Shown: positions 1-9,434, counted from the stretch's first letter. The stretch is 64,000 nucleotides of DNA from an uncultured Gammaproteobacteria bacterium (GCA_963764725.1 CAVXTM010000016.1:277598-341597); one strand, 5' to 3'. The notes: a model not told the origin generated them from the sequence alone. Numbers and translations are program-made.

Positions 1-739
1 GCGGCGCCGACCGCGACAAGCTCGACCCGATCCTCGACGCCTGCGTCGCCGTCTACAAGGAGCAGCTCGACGAGGACGGCCAGGTCGACTTCAAGGGCAA
101 GGCCAAGGCGTTCATCGCGCACCTACGGCTTCCTCGCCTCGATCCTGCCCTACACCAACGCCGAGTGGGAGAAGCTCTCGATCTTCCTGAACTTCCTCGA
201 TCCCGAAGCTGCCGGCGCCCGATCGAGGAGGACCTGTCGAAGGGCATCCTCGAAGCGATCGACATGGACAGCTACCGGGTCGAGAAGCAGGCGGCGGTGA
301 AGATCCAGCTCCCGGACGCGGACGCCGAGATCGAGCCGGTGCCGACGACCGGCGGCGGCCACAAGCCCGAGCCCGAGCTCGACCGGCTCTCGAACATCCT
401 CAAGACCTTCAACGACCAGTTCGGCAACATCCCGTGGACCGACGCCGACCGCGTGCACAAGCTGATCACCGAGGACATCCCGGACCGCGTCGCCGCCGAC
501 ACGGCCTACCAGAACGCCAAGCAGAACTCCGACAAGCAGAACGCCCGCATCGAGCACGACAAGGCGCTGGCGCGCGTGATGACGGCCGTGCTGAAGGACG
601 ACACGGAGCTGTTCAAGCAGTTCAGGACAACGAGTCGTTCCGGCGCTGGCTGACGGACACGGTGTTCGGGCTGACCTACGAATCATCGGGGGAAGATCCG
701 CGAGCGAGCATGCGACGCAGCGATCGGTATCTCCGGTAG
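1..739 (+). pseudogene. hsdR: Type I restriction enzyme R subunit (HsdR) C-terminal fragment, frameshifted; the 5' part lies outside the window
   Basis: Translation across three frames gives the HsdR C-terminal signature ...FKGKAKAFIAH|YGFLASILPYTNAEWEKLSIFLNFL|IPKLPAP|IEEDLSKGILEAIDMDSYRVEKQAA...ELDRLSNILKTFNDQFGNIPWTDADRVHKLI...KDDTELFKQF|VQDNESFRRWLTDTVFGLTY. At least four frame changes fall between about 118 and 625 (two single-G insertions near 200 and 221). Confidence 0.6.
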
Positions 740-946
740 ATTCACGCACAATTTCCTGAGCAGCTCTCAAGAACGACTCGAGCTTGTTGACGTGGCGAGT
801 TTACTCGCTAGAATGATGCCTTTGTGCACTGCGGCAATTATTGACTCGAATGCGCCCTACCCTACGCCCGACGCGACCGTTCTTCTCGTCGGGGCCTTGC
901 GCCAAACATCGCCACCGGTGAGCTTGGTCGTTTAGGCGCCTCAGCG

Positions 947-1750
947 TCACACCGCCGGAACGGTGCCGCCGTCGATAACGTATTCGCTACCGTTAATCGA
1001 GGCTGCCCGGTCGGAGACGAGGAAGGCCACCAGTTCTGCGACCTCGTCTGGCTGGCCGGGTCGGCCAATCGGAATGCCGCCGAGCGAATTCATCAAACCC
1101 TGGCGGGCTGCGTCTTCGCCGGTCCCGGCTTTTTCGGCGAGACGGACGATCAGGCGATGTGCGGCCGCGGTTTCGATAAATCCAGGCGCAACCGTGTTGA
1201 CCCGGATACCCTTGGGCCCGAGTTCCTTTGACAGCCCCTTGCTGTACGTCGTGAGGGCGGCTTTGGCGGCCGCGTAAGCGAGCGTTGCCTCGAATAGCGG
1301 CAGCCGTCGCTGGATGGAAGAGATGTGCACAATGACGCCGTACCGCTGCTTGAGCATTCCGGGTATGAATGCACGATCCAGCCGAACCGCGGGGAATAGG
1401 TTGAGATTGATCTCCTTCTGCCAGTCCTCATCCGTGAGTGCGAGTGCGCCGCCACTCGGTGCACTGGAACCGCCAACTACGTTGACGAGAATGTCGACGC
1501 CTCCGAAGCGCTGAAGCACTTGCTCGGCCACTTTGTCCGCACCTTGGCGCGTGCTGATGTCGGCCTGAACAAACAGTCCCACCGTTTGCCCCTCCGGCAG
1601 GGGTGAACGCGCAGTCGTAGCCACCATCGCACCGCTGCCGACCAGGCGTTGCACGATGGCCTGCCCCATGCCCTCCGTGCCCCCAGTGACCAGGACACGC
1701 TTGCCCGCGAATTCTGTCGGGTCGAACGAAAACCTTGAAGCGGAGGCCAT
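947..1750 (-). CDS. SDR family NAD(P)-dependent oxidoreductase
   Basis: The protein begins MASASRF..KRVLVTGGTEGMGQAIVQRL (TGxxxGxG Rossmann motif), contains YAAAKAAL (the YxxxK catalytic motif) and PGFIET. ATG at 1748-1750. Confidence 0.85.
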   Translation of the reverse strand: MASASRFSFDPTEFAGKRVLVTGGTEGMGQAIVQRLVGSGAMVATTARSPLPEGQTVGLFVQADISTRQGADKVAEQVLQRFGGVDILVNVVGGSSAPSGGALALTDEDWQKEINLNLFPAVRLDRAFIPGMLKQRYGVIVHISSIQRRLPLFEATLAYAAAKAALTTYSKGLSKELGPKGIRVNTVAPGFIETAAAHRLIVRLAEKAGTGEDAARQGLMNSLGGIPIGRPGQPDEVAELVAFLVSDRAASINGSEYVIDGGTVPAV

Positions 1751-2079
1751 CACGAGATCTCCAGGCGCTCGATCTTTCCCCCGGTCAGGGTGAAGACGTA
1801 GCGCAGATCGATCGGGCTGCCCGGGAAGTCGCCCGATACCCGACCCGTGAGAATCGTTTTGCCGCCCGCCTGCGCAACGTCGAGTATTTCGACAGTCGGG
1901 CGGTACTTCTTTCCGACCTCCGTCGCCCACTGTCGGATGGCGGCAATGCCTTGGCGGTCCCGTCCCTCATCCCGGACGACGGCAGCTTCACTGAAACTTG
2001 CTGCCACCGCGTCGACGTCTTGGGCGTTCGCAGCTGCAATGTAGTTTGCAACCGGCTCGGTAAGTGTCGTGATCTTCAT
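1750..2079 (-). CDS. NTF2-like / SnoaL-like small protein (ketosteroid-isomerase fold)
   Basis: 109 aa, MKITTLTEPVANYIAAANAQDVDAVAASFSE...; overlaps the SDR gene start by 1 nt, suggesting an operon. Confidence 0.55.
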   Translation of the reverse strand: MKITTLTEPVANYIAAANAQDVDAVAASFSEAAVVRDEGRDRQGIAAIRQWATEVGKKYRPTVEILDVAQAGGKTILTGRVSGDFPGSPIDLRYVFTLTGGKIERLEIS

Positions 2080-2135
2080 GTCGATTCCTTTTCCGCGTGT
2101 TGCATTCGATTTATTATTGGCTCTACGCTAACCAA

Positions 2136-2525
2136 ATGACAAGAACGCACGAAAAAGTAAGTCACTCACCTGAAAGTGAGCGCCTTGAATACACAGCAGC
2201 TTCCGCTGCGCAGGGTATCGAGCGGGCTCTCAGTTTTCTCGAAGGCCGCTGGAAACTGCTGATCCTTTTTCATCTCTTCGGCGGCAAAGTTCTGCGGTTC
2301 TCAGACTTGGAACGCGCGATTCCGGCGATCTCTCAAAAGATGCTCGCACAGCAGCTTCGCCAGTTGGAAGCCGACGGAATCGTCCAGCGGATAGTCCACA
2401 ACCAAGTGCCGCCAAAGGTGGAATATCACCTCACGACTTGGGGACAATCCCTCTGCCCAGCGCTCGATGCCTTGCTGAAATGGTCAGAGAATCGCGGCCG
2501 CCCTTCTGCGGATGTGGGCGCCTAG
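2136..2525 (+). CDS. HxlR-family winged-helix transcriptional regulator
   Basis: ALSFLEGRWKLLILFHLFGGKVLRFSDLERAIPAISQKMLAQQLRQLEADGIVQR..VPPKVEYHLT is the HxlR signature. Divergently placed to the NTF2-like/SDR pair. Confidence 0.8.
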   Translation: MTRTHEKVSHSPESERLEYTAASAAQGIERALSFLEGRWKLLILFHLFGGKVLRFSDLERAIPAISQKMLAQQLRQLEADGIVQRIVHNQVPPKVEYHLTTWGQSLCPALDALLKWSENRGRPSADVGA

Positions 2526-2622
2526 CTCAAGGTGGAACGGACGGGCAAGAGCAGCCCGCCGTTCACCACAACGTTAGGCAGCAACCGGGAGCTAGCATCT
2601 AGAATGGGACGAGGAAAACTAC

Positions 2623-3858
2623 TTGTTTGCCGAAGGTGACCTGGACGCGACGCTGCGAGCCCACCAAGGCACCATTGGTGCAAAGATTGATGCGATTCCT
2701 CGCGATCAGTTCATGAATGCACAACCTGAAGAGATCACCGACCATATCCTGTCTGCGATGACGGTTGATCCGTTGGTGATCTACGAGGATCGCGCGGAGA
2801 TGGATCAGCGTGAAACGAAGATTGACGTTAGCGGATGGCGCGACAGAAATCCGTTCGGCGACCGTGGGCCGATCCACGTCGCTGGCGTCGCAGTATCTGT
2901 GTCGATCCCTTTCACTGGTGACTCGTCCTTGTGGAAGCTAAGGCCGAATCAGCGGCAGTCAGTTTTTCCGCGCGCCACAATTGTTAGTTCGCGTGGAGAG
3001 AATGCTGGACATGTCCGCATTGACATGGCGCAACCAACTGACGAGGCGCCAGACCGATTCAAAGCACGCTTAGATGAAGAGGTGAAGACCATCCGTTTCT
3101 ACGTTCAGGCGCAAAAACAGCAAATTGAAGGGTTCAACGCCGGGCTTCGCGCACAAGTTCTTGCCGCAGTTGGAGCAAGGCGAGACCGGATAAAGAAACA
3201 CGAAGGTTTACAGGACATCATGGGCATCCCCTTGAAGCGCAAGGAGGGGGTGCCAGCGCTCGCGCCCGTGAAGATTGCCAGGAAGCTTGTCCGTCCGTTG
3301 CCACCGCCCCCCAAGTCCGGATACAAACCGGAGCCTGGGATTACGGAAGAAGACTATTCGCATATCTTGTCGGTGATTCGGCACGAAGGCAGGACTTTCG
3401 AGACAACTCCGAAGACCTATGCCGTTCACGACGAGGAACAGCTTAGAGACATTCTCCTCGCGCATCTGAATGGCCACTATCAAGGTGACGCTACCGGCGA
3501 GGCGTTTCGACGAAGCGGCAAGACGGATATTCGCATCGAGGATGACGCTCGAGCCGCATTCGTAGCTGAGTGCAAGGTATGGAAGGGACCGAAGGAATTG
3601 TCCCAGGCCATCGACCAGCTTCTTGGCTATCTGACTTGGCGCGACTGCAAGGCCGCCATCGTAGTATTCAACAAGCACAACGCGAAGTTCAGCGGGATCA
3701 TCGACGCCGTCCCTGGGGTCTTCGAGGCTCATCCCCGGTTCCAGCGTGTGCGTGCGGCTGAAGGGGCGGGCGAGTGGCAGTTCGACATGACATCTCGTGA
3801 GGATGAAGGCCGACAGGTGCGTGTTCATGTGTTCGTCTTCAATCTCTTCGTGGCGTAG
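2623..3858 (+). CDS. Hypothetical 411-aa protein with a C-terminal PD-(D/E)xK / Mrr-like nuclease signature; possible stand-alone defence gene
   Basis: Long ORF with a TTG start. The C-terminus reads GDATGEAFRRSGKTDIRIEDDARAAFVAECKVWKG (D..x13..E-x-K), and an R-x5-H element (LRDILLAH) lies nearby. The N-terminal roughly 250 aa resemble no family I recognise. GC is lower than the flanks, and a decayed hsdR is immediately upstream. Confidence 0.5.
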   Translation: MFAEGDLDATLRAHQGTIGAKIDAIPRDQFMNAQPEEITDHILSAMTVDPLVIYEDRAEMDQRETKIDVSGWRDRNPFGDRGPIHVAGVAVSVSIPFTGDSSLWKLRPNQRQSVFPRATIVSSRGENAGHVRIDMAQPTDEAPDRFKARLDEEVKTIRFYVQAQKQQIEGFNAGLRAQVLAAVGARRDRIKKHEGLQDIMGIPLKRKEGVPALAPVKIARKLVRPLPPPPKSGYKPEPGITEEDYSHILSVIRHEGRTFETTPKTYAVHDEEQLRDILLAHLNGHYQGDATGEAFRRSGKTDIRIEDDARAAFVAECKVWKGPKELSQAIDQLLGYLTWRDCKAAIVVFNKHNAKFSGIIDAVPGVFEAHPRFQRVRAAEGAGEWQFDMTSREDEGRQVRVHVFVFNLFVA

Positions 3859-4839
3859 CCGCCCAACCCTCCGCTCAACGCGGACGCGCCGCAAGCGGCG
3901 CGCCGGTTAACGGCACGTTAGGCGGCACGGGGGCTTGAAGGCTGCTATCGGCCACCAGACGACCTGAGCCAGCCGCTCGAAGCAGACCTTCAATGGCGCG
4001 TCCCGATGGAATCGGTCACTTCTTGGTGTAGCCGACGTTCACAACAGTTCAAGTCAGACCTGCGGTCTCGGCAGCTCACCACGCTTCACGGCGCCAACGC
4101 CTACGTTTCAAACCGAGGCTGGAGTAGCATTCTTGATTGCGTTATCGACACGTCGAAGATACGATGCCGCCGGTAGATCGACAGCAGACTGGAGGGAGCC
4201 ATGCCGTATATTCACTTGCTCGCCGCCGGGCATGAACTACACGCTAAACCGGCCCTTGCTCGACGGCACGTCGCCGGCGCGCCTGAAGGAAATCGGCGCG
4301 GTAGCCCCTGAGATCAAGGACTACAAGAGCTGGCACACGGTCTGGCTCGGTTTGGCAAAACGCGCAGAACGCGAACAACGGTCGTTGGATGCCGACGAAC
4401 CCCCCGCCTTCACGCCATTTTTTGCGGTTAACCGCAGAAATTTATGCAACTGGAAGGTTTATTAAGGGAATTGTTTCGGTGAAGGGTGGGTGATGTGGTG
4501 GCTATGGGCATCGGGAGAGAGAGAAAGCCAGAGTAGAGGGCGATCGGATCGGGGGGTTGGGTATCGTAATCGGGTTTAGGGAACTGTTAATAATGCCTTT
4601 CAGGGTGGGATTAGGGGTAGCAGGCAAAGGGAGGCCGTGACCCGAAGAAGACACCGGGCGGCAGCGCGGGCGTTTGCAAGTTGAAGGGCTACACAGGGGC
4701 TGGGGATCGTGTCGAGCCGGGTGGTCCGACGTTTGTGGGCATCCATGGGCGGTGGATGCGCCGTGAGCTATGGAAGCGGAGTCGTCTCCACAGGCCTGGC
4801 AGGCCGGCTGCGGCCAAGGGGATAGCTTGAGGAGAGGCA

Positions 4840-5310
4840 ATGGTTACACACTTCGACCACATCACGATTGTTGTCCGCGACCTCGACGCGGCCAAACGGT
4901 TCTTCGGCCTGCTCGGGTTTGAACACGACCGCTCGGTCGTCATCTCGGGCGATGTCTTTTCCGAATACATGGGGATACCCGGCATCGAGGCCGAACACGT
5001 GACACTGGTGCTGACGGGTGCGGTGCTGCGCGCCGAGGTTCAATTGCTGGCGTACCGGGCGCCGGACCCAGAGCCCAGCCCGCACATCGAGCACTTGAAC
5101 ACGGTCGGGTTCAACCACGTGTGCTTCGCGGTCGAGGACCTAGACGGCGAATTGGGTCGGTTGCGAGCGGCGGGGATCGAGACGCGAAACGACGTGCTCA
5201 ACTTTCACGGCCGCAAACTGGTGTTTCTGCGCGGTCCGGAAGGGATCACAGTGGAGCTTTCGGAACGCTATGACGCAGCGTCTGTTGACTCCGGGACGCC
5301 GCCGAAGTAA
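4840..5310 (+). CDS. VOC / glyoxalase-bleomycin-resistance family protein
   Basis: MVTHFDHITIVVRDLDAAKRFFGLLGFEH...FNHVCFAVEDLDGE..; RBS GGAGAGG precedes the ATG. Confidence 0.8.
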   Translation: MVTHFDHITIVVRDLDAAKRFFGLLGFEHDRSVVISGDVFSEYMGIPGIEAEHVTLVLTGAVLRAEVQLLAYRAPDPEPSPHIEHLNTVGFNHVCFAVEDLDGELGRLRAAGIETRNDVLNFHGRKLVFLRGPEGITVELSERYDAASVDSGTPPK

Positions 5311-5413
5311 CGCATGCACCGGAGCCCGCGCAGCTCTGTTCTTGCGTCCCCCGGTTGGTGCCGTGCGCGGGGATGCTGTGTTCCGAAGAAGCCAACAGAC
5401 ACAGGCAATTTAT

Positions 5414-5971
5414 ATGACAGAATCTCCTCCTGGTGGAACGACCAACAGGACCAATCAACGACTGGCATTCATTTTCTCCAGATGGCTATAAGGCTCGCTG
5501 CCAACAACGACAACGCCCTCGACGTTGGTTGTGGAAGTGGCGGCAGGATAGTCGCTACGCTGCTCGATGCAAGTTACAGGAATCGATGTCTCTGAAGCAA
5601 TGCTTAAGTATGCAAGAACGCGCCATCCAGATTCGGATTTTATACATGCTGACATCTGCGAATGGAAACCTCAGGAGCAGTACGATGCGATAATAGCTCG
5701 GGATAGTATCTTTCACGTACCTTACTCTGAACAACGCAGAGTTATCGGGAAACTGTGTGATGCTCTCGCAAACGGTGGGATAATTCTGTTTACTGCAGGT
5801 GGAGTAGATGGTGAGATAACTGGACAGATGTGCGGGCAGCATTTCTACTACAGCTCATTGGCATAAGAAAAATACTTGAGGATAATGAAAGAGAATGGGT
5901 GTAAGTGCATTCTCATGGAGCGGGATCAACATCCAGAAGAGCATGTGGTCTTTATCGGCGCAAAGGGCTAA
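5414..5971 (+). pseudogene. Class I SAM-dependent methyltransferase, low GC, disrupted by two frameshifts and an in-frame TAA
   Basis: Motif I LDVGCGSGG appears in frame 1 (5400-5575). The continuation VTGIDVSEAMLKYAR...GGIILFTAGG is in frame 2, then TAA at 5864-5866, then an in-frame tail EKYLRIMKENGCKCILMERDQHPEEHVVFIGAKG*. Local GC is about 48% against about 64% in the flanks. Confidence 0.6.
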
Positions 5972-6025
5972 CAATCACATTCACCGGAGGGGCGTTAGAC
6001 GGAGCGAAGAACGAGGACTTGATCC

Positions 6026-6772
6026 ATGAGTACCGTGAACGAACTCTGGCCGAAGGCTGTCGAGGACGGGTTGATCCCGACCGACAACGCGATGGGCATC
6101 ATGACCGAGGAACCCTCACCCGCGGCCCAGGCGTTCATCGAACTGGCGGCCAGCGCCGGCCGGCCGCTGCTGGAGATCGGTGCGGCCTACGGCAACGCCA
6201 CACTGCCCGCGCTGCGCGCCGGTGGCACGGTGATCGCGAACGACCTTTCGGCCTCGGAACTCGGCGTGTTGGCATCGACCGCGCCAAATGAGGATCGCAA
6301 GCGGCTCGTGCTGATGCCGGCGCGGTTTCCCGATCAAATTCGCCTCGGCGACGGCAGCTTGAGTGGAATGCTTGCCGCGCAAGTACTGCATTTCTTCGAT
6401 GGACCGACGGTCGACCTGGCCTTCCACAGCGCCCTTCGCTGGCTCGAGCCGGGCGGGGCCTTGTACGTGGTCGTGATGACACCCAGCCTGAGCTTCTACA
6501 GCCAGTTCCGGCCGGAGTATGAGAAGCGAGCCCGCCGTGGCGAACGCTGGCCGGGAATTTTCGATCCTCGCACCGTCGCCACGCCGGATTGGAAGGAGAG
6601 ACTCCCGCCGATGGTGCATCTCTTTGAGAAAGAGGTGCTGCGGCGTTGCGCGGAGGAGGCCGGCTTCACCGTGGAGACCTTGAAATACTTCTGCTTCCGC
6701 CATTTTCCAGCGAAGCACCGCACCGACGGTCACGAGTTCCTTACGCTCACCGCTCGGAAACCTGTTGCTTAG
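6026..6772 (+). CDS. Class I SAM-dependent methyltransferase
   Basis: 248 aa; LEIGAAYGNATLPAL (motif I-like) ...LEPGGALYVVV (motif post-II); GC typical of the host. Confidence 0.75.
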   Translation: MSTVNELWPKAVEDGLIPTDNAMGIMTEEPSPAAQAFIELAASAGRPLLEIGAAYGNATLPALRAGGTVIANDLSASELGVLASTAPNEDRKRLVLMPARFPDQIRLGDGSLSGMLAAQVLHFFDGPTVDLAFHSALRWLEPGGALYVVVMTPSLSFYSQFRPEYEKRARRGERWPGIFDPRTVATPDWKERLPPMVHLFEKEVLRRCAEEAGFTVETLKYFCFRHFPAKHRTDGHEFLTLTARKPVA

Positions 6773-8320
6773 CTTCTACAAACTCTTGTGCAAAAAAGCA
6801 AAGAGTGTATGCGGGGCCACGACCTGAGAAGGCATACAACGTACTCCGGATAGCGAGTGCGGTGATGAGCACACGACGACCGAAGGTAGTGAGGTAGTAC
6901 TTGTAGCGATGTCCAATCTTTTTGATGAGGCCATGGGTGCGCAAGCGTTTCAACCAGTAGGAGGCACGGCCGGTGGAGAGATCCCGGAGATGGGCTCGGA
7001 GATCGGAAGCGCGAAAGCCGCTGATGTTCCACTCCCCGCGGGCGAGGGTGATAAAAAGGCTATGATCTTCACGGAGGAAGAGATTGAAGCCCCGATAGGA
7101 GCGGTCGTTCTCTCGTATGGGTTTAGCCATTTTGTCGATGGCGTGCAGAGCTGCATTGGGGTTATCGATGCTGGCCATGAAGCTGAGATAGCGTTCAGTG
7201 GCAGCATGCACCAGCTCTCGCAGATCGGGGAGGCATAGATGTTTTTTCGCAGGGGTGCGAGTTCGAATTGCTTGCGCCCATTGCGTTGTTCCACGAAGCG
7301 GTGGTGTTTGAAGAAGGAGACATCGTTGGCGGTGCATTCCACCCGAGCCATGAGACTGAATTTATCGTAGAGCTTGAGGCTCGCTGGCCCCATATGGTGG
7401 CGGATGCGTGTACCCTGAATGCGGGTGTGAAAATCGTTACCGGCCTCCCCGCTGAAGGCCGAGGTGAGTTTGCGTCCCAAGAAGGTGGCGACGTGTTCTG
7501 CCTTGAGGGCATGCACGGCGGTACGCACGATGGCTTGATAGAGGGGTTGGAAATCGGCTTGGCGGTGGAAGATGACATCGGTCGAGAACTCCACCTGCAT
7601 GAAGCTCCAGTGGTAAGCACTGTGAAAGTGACCCACGATGGGGCAGAAGTGCTTGGCCCATTTATCCAGACGACGATGCAAGCCTTTGGGATCGAGGCTA
7701 TCGGCAAGCGACTGAGCACGGCGGGGATCGCCGATGGACAAGAAGGCATTATCGGCGCGCTCAAAGGCGATCCCTGCCTTTGCCAGTCGGTGGGCCAACC
7801 AGTGATGGCCGTTCAAGTAGACTTGCAGGCGAAACGGCGCCCAGGTGGGTACTCGGACATAACAGAGCCCGAAGATCTCATCGATGAAATAGAAGTAATA
7901 ATGCAAACACTTGCCCGGGGTAGACTTCAAACGGGTCGTATGCTGAAGCTTGTCATGCCAGGGGCGATACGAAGGACAGGCCTCCATCGCCGAGAAGATA
8001 TGCACCAGCCCCGGGTGCTCACCGCGCAAAGCCAAAATCGCTTTGATCCGTTCTTCTTTGCGAAACGCCTTGTAATGGCGGATGAACTCGATTTCCAAAC
8101 AAGCCTCAGCGGCCAGCCCCTCGGCATGGGTCCGAAGCGCCTCGCGCAGCGGTTCCGCCCAGCGGGGGTAGTCAAACAGACGCATACCCCGGACACCCAA
8201 ATACCGGGCCATGGCCTCGGCATGGGCGATCTCCGGAAGCGTGCCAGTGATCACGATGCGGTCAAAGCAACAAAGCACCGCGGCGATCTTCTCTTGATGG
8301 CGTTCGACAAAGGGATTCAT
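6747..8320 (-). mobile_element. Transposase-like gene of a family I do not recognise, split by a frameshift near 7240 into 456-aa and 196-aa ORFs
   Basis: The N-terminal ORF begins MNPFVERHQEKIAAV.... The C-terminal ORF carries a winged-helix-like YWLKRLRTHGLIKKIGHRYKYYLTTFGRR. The pair is bracketed by imperfect 19-bp direct repeats (6770-6788 and 8398-8416). Confidence 0.35.
6770..6788. repeat. Left 19-bp direct repeat TAGCTTCTACAAACTCTTG flanking the transposase-like element; overlaps the methyltransferase stop codon
   Basis: 17/19 identity with 8398-8416 (TAGGTTCTACAAACGCTTG), same orientation. Confidence 0.5.
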
Positions 8321-8397
8321 GGTGACAACTCATCTCAATCTTTATTGCCCATCCGCCAGAATAGTACATTTAACACTTTGGTTCCGGCTCTGCCGGG

Positions 8398-8416
8398 TTA
8401 GGTTCTACAAACGCTT
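8398..8416. repeat. Right 19-bp direct repeat TAGGTTCTACAAACGCTTG
   Basis: Direct-repeat partner of 6770-6788. Confidence 0.5.
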
Positions 8417-8562
8417 GCCGCGCAGGCCACGCCTAAGCCAGCTCCGAGGCGCTACCGGGTCGCCGTCCTGCGCTTTGACCCCTAGGTCCTGTTTGCAACC
8501 GACGCGCGTGGGAGTAGAGTGACGGTATCTGCTCAAGAACAACAACGGAGCCCGCCGCTGCC

Positions 8563-9263
8563 ATGCGAGTCCTCGCCGTTCATCCGAGCCCCCTCATGTA
8601 TACCCGGATCTACCTGCGCCTCGAGCCGCTCGGGCTCGAGCTGGTCGCGCAGGCCGTGCGGCGCGCGGGCCATGAGGTGCGGATCATCGACCTACAGGTC
8701 GAGACCCACCGCGATCTCTTCCGACTAATCGAGGGTTGGGCACCGGAGGTCATAGCCTTCTCGTGCAATTACCTCGCGAATATCCCGGAGATAGTGGACC
8801 TCGCCAAGGTCATCAAGGCGGCCCGGCCCCGCTGCTTCGTCTGCGTCGGCGGGCACAGCGCCTCGTTCGTCGCCGAGGAGCTTATCGAGCATGGTGCCGG
8901 AGCCATCGACTGCGTGCTCCGCGGTGAGGGGGAGGCCGGGATCGGCCGGCTTCTCTTGGCCGTCGAGAACGACCGCCGGGCATTAGCCAAGGTGCCGGGC
9001 ACGGTGAGCCCGGAGGGACGCGGCCCGCCGCCGATCTTCGTGCAGAGATGCTATGGAAGTTCAACAGCGTCTATGACCCGCGCTTGCAGATCGCCGATCA
9101 CGAGCGGCCGGCCAGCTACGAAATACGGCTGCCGCCGCCACCCCAGGAGCGCGTCGAGCGGGCGCAGCTCTACGTCCACGCGACCCGCGGCCGGCAGGGA
9201 CGCGCTACCGACGAGGCCACCGAGCGCTTCGTCGAGGAGACCCGCATGGGGACCGGCGGCTAA
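8563..9263 (+). pseudogene. B12-binding radical SAM protein remnant: N-terminal cobalamin-binding domain joined to a C-terminal tail, with the radical-SAM core missing
   Basis: MRVLAVHPSPLMYTRIYLRLEPLGLELVAQAVRRAGHEVRIIDLQ...VIAFSCNYLANIPEIVDL...VCVGGHSASF is a B12-binding domain. Translation degenerates after about residue 150. A separate frame at 9048-9263 (MLWKFNSVYDPRLQIADHERPASYEIRL...) looks like the C-terminal tail of the same family. Confidence 0.5.
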
Positions 9264-9434
9264 GGAGAAAAAGGGGACGATACGGAACAATTCACGGTGT
9301 TCTGCGAGAGACCAGCTAGGAATTTTGCTTGAACCGTGGGTATTTCGCTATTGGGATAGCCTCGTAGGCAGCCTGGCCTGTAATTTTAGCTATACGTGAA
9401 AGCTTCGGGTCAATAGCAAGCCTCGGGCTCAAGG

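Noticed and set aside
3208-3894. 228-aa ORF on the minus strand
   Set aside because: It lies entirely antisense to the 2623-3858 gene, has Arg/Leu-rich low-complexity composition typical of a GC-rich shadow frame, and carries no motif.
4133-4465. 110-aa ORF as a gene
   Set aside because: Only the middle roughly 70 codons look protein-like (possibly a hydrolase N-terminal fragment). There is no credible start and it runs into the G-rich tract, so it is treated as a remnant.
7268-8401. 377-aa plus-strand ORF
   Set aside because: It is antisense to the transposase-like gene, and the translation is Gly/Ala/Arg-rich nonsense.
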